From: an uncultured bacterium
GTDB taxonomy: Bacteria > Patescibacteriota > Doudnabacteria > UBA920
Assembly: GCA_963749445.1 (NCBI GenBank)
Contig: CAVVMJ010000010.1
Location: forward strand, 43,913 to 107,912
DNA: 64,000 nucleotides
Reading direction: 5' to 3'
The notes below the pieces were generated by a model. It worked only from the letters and a program-made list of their open reading frames with translations, was not told the DNA's origin and made no database searches. The position numbers and the translations under genes are program-made. Below are positions 30,622-39,238 of the stretch, in pieces (positions within the stretch are counted from its first letter, which is position 1; each line of letters begins with the position of its first letter).

Positions 30622-31649
30622 GGTTTAATGGTAAATTCTAGTGCTTGAAACCGGCTAAAACTTCCTCGATTAACCGCCAGCGCCTGTCGCGTTTCAGACC
30701 GCTATGGATGCCAATCAGTTGTTTAAGATATTTAAAACTGCCGTCTAAAGAATTCGTAGTATTGGGAATATTTAAACCGGTATATCGTTGGTAAGTAAAC
30801 AGGTAAGGCGCGTTGGTTTTCAAACTCCGATAAGCAGACCTAATTCGCTTGTGGGTGTAAAACCACTTTTTAGGATTAAAGGGATTAACGGTTCGTTCTT
30901 TTAAAAAGTCTCCCCATTTTTCATGCCAGGCATCCAGCAACAACAGCAACATGTTTTCAGTTAATTCAGTTAAAGCCAAGGCAATCATCCGCAGTTCTTT
31001 TCCCGCTTCCAGCTTCGGCCGTTTGGTCAAATACCTGGTAACGATGGCCATTTGGTGGAACTGGCAGACTTGTACCGGAATGTCGGAAAACACTTCTCTG
31101 ACGCCCTTTTTACCGTCTAAGACCACTGCTTCAAAGGTGTAGCCCAATTCTTCCAGCAGTTGTCTGGCTTCCCGATACACATCAGCCGTTTCAGTTTTAA
31201 CCTCCGTCCAGTACAGGTTCTGTTTAAGGTCAAAGGATCTAAAAACCAACACCCCGTAACCCCGACCCCAGAATGTGCAATCAGCGATGGCAACTACAGG
31301 TTGCGGATAAAGGCGAAATGACTTTGTAGGAGCTTTATCCAGCTGCTGCCGAATCCACTTTTCACTCCGCTGATATTTTTTAACCAGCTGCTTAACTGTT
31401 TGTTTGCCCCAGATGTATTGCCGCCAGAGGGCGCGTTGAAGTTTCTGTTTACGCCGTTTATTCTCAAAATTCTTTCCGCAATTCTTGCACTGGTAACGCT
31501 GGAGCCCTAACTGTTTCCCTTTCTTAATAATTGCCGAAGAACGGCATCTTGGGCACTTTTTTTACAAGCCATACATAATCAAAGTTAATTATTTATCTTA
31601 AGTATGGCACAAACGCCGAAATCTAAGCACTAATATTTACCATTAAGCC
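30622..31649 (-). mobile_element. IS256-like insertion sequence (~1.03 kb)
   Basis: terminal IRs GGTTTAATGGTAAATTCTAGTGCTT / GGCTTAATGGTAAATATTAGTGCTT; no target duplication seen. Confidence 0.85.
30638..31572 (-). CDS. DDE transposase with N-terminal Zn ribbon; needs a -1 shift at A7G (31556-31563)
   Basis: CPRC..YQCKNC, IADCTFW, VLDGKKG, QVCQFHQ, PNTTNSLDG; the frame is open about 100 codons upstream of the track start but has no start codon. Confidence 0.85.
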
Positions 31650-31671
31650 AAATGTGTTAACATACTGCACA

Positions 31672-32128
31672 CCTACCCGCCAGGCGGGCGGATCGCTGGT
31701 TTTCTATAAACCGGACAAAGGCTATTTAAGCAAACTTTTAAGGACAAAACGAAGAGAAACCGCCTTTTAAGTTGCCATGAATAGCAGGCCTGCCTGCCGA
31801 AAAAACCGGAGGACAAGTTTCGTCTTGCCGCGTTATCGGCTGCCGTATCGCCTTCAGGTCCGCGGCGAAACAGCACGCTGAGCGCGACATTGCCATGAGG
31901 GCAGCTGATTGGGCTTTTCATCTGCGGCCCGCAGTTGCCCTCGTCGGCAAAATTTCAATTTGAGATCGTTGATCAGCAGAAACCTATCCGGTGAACATCA
32001 TTGGGGATACCCGGAACAGGATGCCGATTTTGGGCTTTGCCCAAACAAGCAGAACACGACTGTTTGGTTTCAACGATTCTCCGGCCCGGCAATTGGTTTC
32101 AAGCACCAATTGCCGGGTGCGTTTTTTT
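31672..32128 (+). ncRNA. second candidate structured non-coding region (~455 nt)
   Basis: many stems; ends in CCCGGCAATTGG..CCAATTGCCGGG + T7; no convincing ORF. Confidence 0.35.
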
Positions 32129-32318
32129 ATACCCGCGGCCAAAGCACACCCCTGAATTCGTTGTTCACGATTAGCGGAACGCCGCGCAAACTTTGCACGC
32201 GCGCGGAAATTTCACTCACCGGGCATCGGTGGGCGCGGTTTGATCCGCAGGAGCAATGCGCGCATAAGCCGGAAAGTTGGCTCACAATGTTCAATTTTTG
32301 CTTTTCAAGTTCGCTCAT
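32127..32318 (-). CDS. small Cys/His-rich protein, possibly metal-binding
   Basis: CAHCSC...HRCP; last gene of the lexA run. Confidence 0.6.
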   Translation of the reverse strand: MSELEKQKLNIVSQLSGLCAHCSCGSNRAHRCPVSEISARVQSLRGVPLIVNNEFRGVLWPRV

Positions 32319-32368
32319 AAATTAGTGAGTAGTTAGTAGCGGGTAGTCAGTAGCCAAACAGAATGTGC

Positions 32369-32722
32369 TCAATTTTTGTTTTGAATAAGCTTGTTAAGCA
32401 TTTTCATAACCTCCTCAAGCAAGCTGTCAACTTTTGAAAAATCCAAGCCTTTGCCGAAAGGCAATCTTTTTGCTATTTCTATTTGGGTTTCCAATTCGGC
32501 TCCGGAAGCAAAAGCAATCGACAAAAAATGATAAAACTCATTATCCCCGAATCTACGCCTGCCCTCGGCAATATTTGACGGAATAGAAACTGAGCAACGG
32601 CGAGACTGCGAAACTAAACCATACAACTCATTCGGTGGATATCTTTCCGTAAGCTTATATACTTCAACGACTAAATCCATTGACTTGCGCCAAACAATTA
32701 AATTTTTGTAATCCGCGTACAT
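32369..32722 (-). CDS. four helix bundle protein (S23-IVP/bAvd-like family)
   Basis: YKNLIVWRKSM..E.YGLVSQ.RR.SVSIPSNIAEG..ELETQ. Confidence 0.93.
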   Translation of the reverse strand: MYADYKNLIVWRKSMDLVVEVYKLTERYPPNELYGLVSQSRRCSVSIPSNIAEGRRRFGDNEFYHFLSIAFASGAELETQIEIAKRLPFGKGLDFSKVDSLLEEVMKMLNKLIQNKN

Positions 32723-32765
32723 ACTTCGTCATACTGGCTACTTACTACTAACTACCATCTACTTA

Positions 32766-33380
32766 CTACTCAAGGTTTCTAATGACTCCAACCACCTTCC
32801 CCTGCACGCTCCATTCTTCCTTGGGATAAATGTTCTTATAGTCCGGATTCTCGGCTTTTAAGTAGGCGCGGTTTTTTACGTAGACCAGCCGTTTAACCGT
32901 GGCTTCGTCGTGCAGCAGCGCCACCACGATTTCGTTATTTTTGGCTTCCTTGGTCGGCCGCACGATTACCAAATCGCCCTCAAAAATTCCGGCGTTTATC
33001 ATGCTGCCTCCGCGCACCTTAAGCAAGAACACATCGCGCCGGCCTTTAATTAAGCTGGAAGGCAAATTAATCCATTCTTCAATTTGCTCTTCGGCCAAAG
33101 TCGGCACGCCGGCCTGGATGGCGCCCAGTAAAGGCACTCTGATTAGCCCTTTTTGCAAACTTTCGCCCAAAGTCTTTAGCACTTCAATGCCGCGCGCCTT
33201 GCCGGAAATCCTGATAAAACCTTCGCTTTCCAAAGCGTTCAGCAATTTAGCCACCCCGTTTTTGGATTTGACCTTAAGGTAAGTGGCCATTTCCGAAATG
33301 GACGGCGGCAAATTGTATTCCCGCACCTGCTTAATGATGAATTGGAGCAGTTCTTTTTGGCGCTGTGTGATTTTGTCCAT
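32766..33380 (-). CDS. lexA: SOS repressor LexA
   Basis: PPSISE HTH, AG cleavage site, GGSMINAGI (Ser), ATVKR (Lys). Confidence 0.95.
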   Translation of the reverse strand: MDKITQRQKELLQFIIKQVREYNLPPSISEMATYLKVKSKNGVAKLLNALESEGFIRISGKARGIEVLKTLGESLQKGLIRVPLLGAIQAGVPTLAEEQIEEWINLPSSLIKGRRDVFLLKVRGGSMINAGIFEGDLVIVRPTKEAKNNEIVVALLHDEATVKRLVYVKNRAYLKAENPDYKNIYPKEEWSVQGKVVGVIRNLE

Positions 33381-33404
33381 AGGTTTAAAATTAATGATAT
33401 TTAA

Positions 33405-33433
33405 ATAGTATACCTTCGTTCACCGTCAGTCAA
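33405..33433 (-). promoter_or_regulatory. lexA promoter with possible operator in the spacer
   Basis: TTGACT-17 nt-TACTAT; GTGAAC-N4-GTATAC overlaps it. Confidence 0.65.
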
Positions 33434-33578
33434 CAGCATTAAAATACCGGCCTTTCGTCTGCCCGATTAAAGTTATCCACAAGCAATTATAGCTAATAGC
33501 GCTTAGCGTTTAGCGATTAGCCTAACAAAAACCAGCCCTTTATGGCTGGCTAAACGCTAAATGCTAAACGCTAAATGC

Positions 33579-33815
33579 TCATTTCGTATTCAGCAAAAAC
33601 TTAATAAACTCCACCACCCCCTGCCAAATATTCTGCAGCATTGGCACCGATGTCGGCAGTAAAATCAGCAGGGCAATAATAAAAATAAAATCCTTTTTTA
33701 CCACCTTAAAAATGGAGTAGACCAAAAATATGGCCAAGGCGATGGAAATGACCGGCCGCGTGTTGACCGGAAAGTTGGCAAGAAACTGCAGGTAAAGGGA
33801 CTGAATTTGGTCCAT
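33579..33815 (-). CDS. small membrane protein
   Basis: MDQIQSLY.., two TM helices; the longer track start lies inside a nonamer repeat. Confidence 0.7.
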   Translation of the reverse strand: MDQIQSLYLQFLANFPVNTRPVISIALAIFLVYSIFKVVKKDFIFIIALLILLPTSVPMLQNIWQGVVEFIKFLLNTK

Positions 33816-33951
33816 AGAATAATTGACAAGATTTAAAAGATTTAAATGATTGACAAGATTTTCAACTGGCAATCTTGCTCAATCATGTCAATCTTGTCAA
33901 TCTTGTCAATCTTGTCAATAATATTATAGCACAAACAAGCCGGATGTAAAG

Positions 33952-34518
33952 TTAATGCTTACCTTTACCCAGCGTGTCGCAAACCACGATGTGCGGGTAA
34001 TCAAAAATGTCCTTGATAAACTTGTCAAAAGTGTCGCGCCGGAGTTCAAACTCCGGCTGGGTCATTAAGCTGTAGTTGATGTCCTGGCTCATCATTTTTT
34101 CCACGGCTTTCAAAAAATCCGCCAGTTTCCTTAAGTTGATCCGGCCGACCAAAAGCAAATCAACCGGTAAGTTCGGCTGGCCGCAGAACAGGCCGCTTAA
34201 AAAGGCCGCCTTAATCTCCCCTAAATTCTTCAGCGCGGCAAACAGCTCGTCTTTGTAGGCCGGAACTCGGCCCAGACGGCGCTTGAGGTCAGGCAGAAGC
34301 GGATGACGAAGATTAACCAAAAAATATTTCTTGCCGCGCTTGCTGAAACTTTTAAGCAGGCCGGCCTCTGCCAGCTTATTTAAACTCACAGCGGCCTGCG
34401 CGTGGCTGAATCCCAGACGCCGGGCGATTTCGTGAATGGAAAAAGCCCTCGGCGGGGCGGCCAGAAAAAAACTCAAAGCCGGGCTTTCGGTTTTGGAATC
34501 AATGATGGTTTCCAGCAT
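33952..34518 (-). CDS. wHTH + nucleotidyltransferase-like protein
   Basis: HEIARRL..L.KL.EAGLL; LSGLF...VDLLLVG. Confidence 0.75.
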   Translation of the reverse strand: MLETIIDSKTESPALSFFLAAPPRAFSIHEIARRLGFSHAQAAVSLNKLAEAGLLKSFSKRGKKYFLVNLRHPLLPDLKRRLGRVPAYKDELFAALKNLGEIKAAFLSGLFCGQPNLPVDLLLVGRINLRKLADFLKAVEKMMSQDINYSLMTQPEFELRRDTFDKFIKDIFDYPHIVVCDTLGKGKH

Positions 34519-34714
34519 ATGGTTGGAATTATAACACAGGCGCGGGGTATTTTGAAACAAATTGATGCGAATCTTCGCAATTGTTTTATCGCCAGCCGAT
34601 ATTTATATATCGGGGGTTGATTTTCGGCGACCTTACTATACACAAGAAGATTCCCATCAAACCCTTAAAATATTTTGAATTCTTTTAAATTTGTTGTATA
34701 ATATAGCAGTAATC

Positions 34715-34930
34715 TTCACCCGCCAAAATTTGTTTCGGATTTGGAAATAAAGCTTAGGTCAATTAGGTCAAATTTCAATCAAATCTAAACTATTGTGGGT
34801 AACCACAAATTTAGGCGAAGGTTTACCCGCCAAAATTTTGCGGTTCCCAACAAAACGCTGGCGGTGACCATCCACGATATAAAAATAATAACTTTGTCCA
34901 AAATTATTGGGCAAAATTTAGGCGGGTAAA
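34715..34930. repeat. two tandem ~108-bp elements with ACCCGCC(A/T)AAATTT terminal inverted repeats
   Basis: third copy at 39935-40040. Confidence 0.8.
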
Positions 34931-36960
34931 TGGAAGAATTAGAAAGCCAAATCGCCAAAATCCAACTAGGCAATTTCCGGCATACCGCCAGTTTCGTTTA
35001 CGCGATGGCCGAAAAAGCCGGCGGCAGCCCGGCCGAGCTTTTTGCCGTGGCCGAATTGCCCCTGCTCAACCCGGCGGCGCAGGAGTCGTGCGAAAGGATC
35101 TGCCTGGCCATAGCCGGCGCCCTAAGGCGGATTTACAAAAAACCCATAACAGCAGGCAGTTTTGAAACAGCCATTGCCCAAATCAACGACGACCTGGGCG
35201 CAGCAGCTTCTTTGGGCCAAACCCATTGGATCAATAAGCTCAACTGCGTCATCGGCGTCAAAAATGAAAACTCCTTTACCGTCGCTTCCTGCGGCAAGGT
35301 GGCGGCTTACCTGCTGCGGGGCGGCGAGTTCACGGACATTGCCTGTTCCCCGGACCAAAGCCATCCGCTCAAAACTTTTGAAAATTACGCCACGGGCAAA
35401 ATCCGTTTGGGCGATTTGCTGATTTTATCCACCACCCAACTGCTGAATTACGTGGCTTTGGACAGATTAAAAAATATTCTTATGGGGGCGGAATTTTTGC
35501 CCGCAACCCAAACCATCGTCAATTTACTTAAAGACAATGCCGGCCCGGAAGTCGCCTTTGGCGCGATTTTTAACCTCCAGGTACAACCCGGGCAAACCAA
35601 GGACGAAGAAATTGATTTGGAAAGTTACGCGGCGGAGACCCAAACCCCACGCGCTCCGATTTTTGCCAAAGCCTGGGATTACGTAAAATCCATGCTGGCT
35701 TTGGACAAAAAAAAGCGCCAGCCGCAAACCTCCCTGCCCGGCATCAAGTCTACCAGCCGGCTTGCCGGCTTCAAAACCGGCGCCAGATCGGCCTGGAGCA
35801 AAAGCAAAAGTTTTTGGACGCTGTTCGGCCGCGGCACTCAAGCCGGCCGGCGGGCGTTGGATCCCGAAAACTTTAAAACCTACAGCCCGGAAAAAAAGTT
35901 TTTTCTGGTTTCCCTTGGCGTTTTGTTAATGACTTTGGCGGTGTGTTTGACCGTGGCGGTGCACGTCAGGCAAACCCGGCAAAACGACGCGAATACCGCT
36001 GCCCGCTTGAAACAAACGCAAACCCTGCTGGGCAGCGCGCAGACGTCCTTTTTGTACAACGACCAAAACGGCGCCGGTAATTTTTTGGCCCAGGCCGAAC
36101 AGGCTATGCCGCCGACCGGCCAAATCAGCGGCGTTAACAAAACTTTATACCAAACGGTCGGCGGGCAATTGGCGGACCTGCGGCAAAAAATCCAAAAAGA
36201 AACCCAAGCCCAGGTAACAAATCTCGGCGCGCTGGCTTCAGGAAACTCTTTGATTAAATTGCCCAACCTTTTGGCCGTCCAGAGCAAAGGCAGCATCATC
36301 AGCTACAGCCAAACCACGGGAAAAATTGAGGAAGGCGTTTTAAAATCAAACGACAATATTTTGGATGAAGTCTATTTCGGCAATAATTTGGCGGCCATTT
36401 ACAATGGCGGCGCTTTGCGGCTGTGGGATTTTACGACCGGCAATTTAACAGCGCCGTTTACGCAAAACGTGCCGGCCCAAAGCGACTTTACGGGGCTGGC
36501 CGTTTATCCCACCAACAGCCGCGTTTACACTATCAACACCAAAACCGGCCAAATTGTGAGTTTCGCGGTTTTCGCCAATAATTTTATCAAACCGGTAATT
36601 TCCGTTTCCGCTGATGTCCTCAAAAATGCCCAGGATTTGGCTGTTGACGGCGCAATCTATGTACTGGCCAACAAAAGCGTCAGCAAATTCCAAAACGGCC
36701 AGCCGGCAACGTTCAGCATGCCGGTTTTAACCACGCCTTTGAGCGGCAAAGGCAAAATTTACACGGAAAAAGGCTGGCAAAATTTGTATATTTTGGATGT
36801 TGGCAACAGCCGCATAGTAATTTTGGACAAAAAAGGCAATTTGATTTCCGTTTTGCAAAGCAACCAATTTACCAAATTGATAGATTTTTCCGTGGATGAA
36901 AAAAATAAGGTGATGTACGTGCTCAACGATTCCAGTTTGCTCAAAGTGACGCTACCATAA
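34930..36960 (+). CDS. membrane protein: degenerate PP2C-like N-domain, TM helix, extracellular beta-propeller
   Basis: AYLLRGG, GDLLILST; NHL-like YILDVGNSRIVILDKKG repeats. Confidence 0.75.
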   Translation: MEELESQIAKIQLGNFRHTASFVYAMAEKAGGSPAELFAVAELPLLNPAAQESCERICLAIAGALRRIYKKPITAGSFETAIAQINDDLGAAASLGQTHWINKLNCVIGVKNENSFTVASCGKVAAYLLRGGEFTDIACSPDQSHPLKTFENYATGKIRLGDLLILSTTQLLNYVALDRLKNILMGAEFLPATQTIVNLLKDNAGPEVAFGAIFNLQVQPGQTKDEEIDLESYAAETQTPRAPIFAKAWDYVKSMLALDKKKRQPQTSLPGIKSTSRLAGFKTGARSAWSKSKSFWTLFGRGTQAGRRALDPENFKTYSPEKKFFLVSLGVLLMTLAVCLTVAVHVRQTRQNDANTAARLKQTQTLLGSAQTSFLYNDQNGAGNFLAQAEQAMPPTGQISGVNKTLYQTVGGQLADLRQKIQKETQAQVTNLGALASGNSLIKLPNLLAVQSKGSIISYSQTTGKIEEGVLKSNDNILDEVYFGNNLAAIYNGGALRLWDFTTGNLTAPFTQNVPAQSDFTGLAVYPTNSRVYTINTKTGQIVSFAVFANNFIKPVISVSADVLKNAQDLAVDGAIYVLANKSVSKFQNGQPATFSMPVLTTPLSGKGKIYTEKGWQNLYILDVGNSRIVILDKKGNLISVLQSNQFTKLIDFSVDEKNKVMYVLNDSSLLKVTLP

Positions 36961-36976
36961 TTTAATAAACATAGTA

Positions 36977-37068
36977 GCGTCATCCTGAGGAGTGCACCCG
37001 ACGAAGGATCTCAAACACGGTTAAAAGATTCTTCGTCCCCCAGATGCATTCGGGACTCAGAATGACGC
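36977..37068. repeat. GTCAT..ATGAC palindromic element supplying the dus stop codon
   Basis: GCGTCATCCTGAG..GAAGGATCT..AGATTCTTC..CTCAGAATGACGC; relatives at 38587-38748, 42435-42536, 49173-49291. Confidence 0.85.
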
Positions 37069-38391
37069 CCTTGATAAATAATCTCCGATAATTTGCCTGG
37101 TTTCGTCCAGGTTTTTTGTTTGCATTAGCTTGGCGCGTAGCTCGTGCGCGCCGGCAAAACCGGAACAATAAGCTTTAAAATGCTTGCGCATAATCGCGAA
37201 TGATTTATTTTTGCCAAGTTCCCGGTCAAACAGTTCCGCGTGTTCCAGCATGACGCGGAGGCGTTCTTTTATGTCCGTCTGGTAATTATCATCGCGAAAT
37301 ACCCAAGGGTGCCCAAACGCTCCCCTGCCGATCATTACGCCGTCGCAACCCGTCTCCGCGACGCGCGCCAGCCCTTCCTCGCGCGACTTAATGTCGCCAT
37401 TCCCGATAATCAAAGTCTTAGCCCTTAGCCCTAAAACCTTAGCCCTGATATTCACCGCCTCGGCAATCTTGTCCCAATGCGCCGGAACTTTGGACATTTC
37501 CTGTTTGGTACGGCCGTGCAAAATCAGCGCCGCGATGTCCATCGCGAGCAAATTTTCCACCCATTTTTCCATCTCCGATGTTTTGCTGTAGCCGATGCGG
37601 GTTTTGACTGATATCGGCACCAAAACCACCTCCCCCCTCGGCTTCGCTCGGGGTACTCCTCCTTGAAAAGGAGGAGAGCTCCGCACTTTATCCGATAACG
37701 GGGACAATTGCGGAGCCTCCCCTCCTGTTAAGGAGGGGTGTCCCGCGGAGCGGGACGGGGTGGTTGGAGATTGCACGGATTGTCCCGACAGCCACCCTTC
37801 TTTTGTCGCGCTGATGATTTCCCAGGCGAGTTTCGGTTCGCGGATAAGCGCCGCGCAAGTCCCGCCCGCAATTTCTTTTTGCTGCGGACAGCCCATATTA
37901 ATGTCAATGCCGTCAAATTTTAAATCGCGGATGATTCGCGCGGCCTCTTTAAATTTTTCCGGGTCGCGCCCCCACAACTGCGCCACAATCGGTCTCTGCG
38001 CTTCGCTGTATTTTAAATCGATGGATAAATTTTTCCTGCCTTCCGGATGCGTCAACCCGTCCACGTTTATAAATTCCGTGAACGTAACAAAATTATTACC
38101 ACCTCCCCCGCCTTCGGCGGGTACTCCTCCTATGAGAGGAGGAGAGCTCCGCAAAATATTCGAGGATAACCGCGGAGCGCTCCCCTCCTTTTTTGAGGCC
38201 TTGATGAAGGCAAAGGAGGGGTGGCTCGCGCAGCGAGACGGGGTGGTACTTCCACTTTTAACTTTTAATTTTCCACTTTTAACTTGCCCGCCATAGCGGG
38301 CCACCATCTCCCGAAACGCAAAGTCAGTGACTTGCTCCATCGGAGCCAAGCAAAATATCGGTTTCTTTAAATTATTCCAAAAATTATTCAT
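37057..38391 (-). CDS. dus: tRNA-dihydrouridine synthase with in-frame palindromic insertions
   Basis: LAPMEQVTD, FTEF, IDINMGCP, SVKTRIG, HGRT, GNGDI, GVMIGRG. Confidence 0.93.
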   Translation of the reverse strand: MNNFWNNLKKPIFCLAPMEQVTDFAFREMVARYGGQVKSGKLKVKSGSTTPSRCASHPSFAFIKASKKEGSAPRLSSNILRSSPPLIGGVPAEGGGGGNNFVTFTEFINVDGLTHPEGRKNLSIDLKYSEAQRPIVAQLWGRDPEKFKEAARIIRDLKFDGIDINMGCPQQKEIAGGTCAALIREPKLAWEIISATKEGWLSGQSVQSPTTPSRSAGHPSLTGGEAPQLSPLSDKVRSSPPFQGGVPRAKPRGEVVLVPISVKTRIGYSKTSEMEKWVENLLAMDIAALILHGRTKQEMSKVPAHWDKIAEAVNIRAKVLGLRAKTLIIGNGDIKSREEGLARVAETGCDGVMIGRGAFGHPWVFRDDNYQTDIKERLRVMLEHAELFDRELGKNKSFAIMRKHFKAYCSGFAGAHELRAKLMQTKNLDETRQIIGDYLSRASF

Positions 38392-38768
38392 TGCGCAAGC
38401 AAACGACCTCTCTGTCGCCAAAAACGATATTATTCTAAAAATTTTGGCGACATCTCCCCTCGCCAGGGGAGAATAATAATGAAGAATCTATCGCGAAATC
38501 CGTCACCTCTTCCATCGGCGCGAGGCAAAATATCGGTTTTTTTAGTTGTTGCCAAAAGTTGACAAACATATATTTATAACATAGCTGCCATCCCGAGGAG
38601 TGCAGCCGACGAGGGATCTTTCACATAGTTTAAATCAAAAACCGCGCTGATGCAATCGGTGCGGTTTTTGAACGTTTGATGATAATCGATGATTATTTAG
38701 GGGATCCTTCGGCCGCCTGTATAATTCTGATGACGGCCTCGGGATGAATTTGAAATAACAATGCTGTG

Positions 38769-39149
38769 TTATTTCAAATTCACCTTGCCGCCGGCGTCTT
38801 CAATTTTCTTTTTCCAGGCTTCAGCGTCGGCTTTGGCCACGTTTTCTTTGATGACCTTGGGCGCGGCATCCACGATATCCTTGGCTTCTTTGAGCCCGAG
38901 GCCCGTGACTTCGCGCACGACTTTGATTACGGAAATTTTGTTGGCGCCGGTTTCGGCGAGCTCAACCGTAAATTCCGTTTTTTCCTCGGCCGGGGCGGCC
39001 GCGGCGGCTGCCGGACCCGCCATCATCATGGCCGGGGCGGCGGCGGAAACGCCGAATTTCTCTTCCAAAACTTTTACCAGTTCGCTTAATTCGAGCACGG
39101 TGAGCTTTTCAAGGTGTTCGACGATTGTCTTAAACTTTTCTTCGCTCAT
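38769..39149 (-). CDS. rplL: 50S ribosomal protein L7/L12
   Basis: [24 protein letters not shown]. Confidence 0.98.
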   Translation of the reverse strand: MSEEKFKTIVEHLEKLTVLELSELVKVLEEKFGVSAAAPAMMMAGPAAAAAAPAEEKTEFTVELAETGANKISVIKVVREVTGLGLKEAKDIVDAAPKVIKENVAKADAEAWKKKIEDAGGKVNLK

Positions 39150-39238
39150 AATATTAGTTGATTTCTGAATTCCGGATTGCGGATTGCGGATTAATCCGTA
39201 ATGCGTAATTCGTAATTCGTAATAAATTAATTAATAAT

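Noticed and set aside
31672-32128. RNase P RNA or tmRNA
   Set aside because: GGAGGACAAGTTTCG and GCAGAACACGACT only loosely echo the P4 motifs; other conserved regions and tRNA-like ends are missing
32369-32722. Diversity-generating retroelement or rRNA intervening sequence
   Set aside because: No reverse transcriptase, template/variable repeat pair or rRNA in the window
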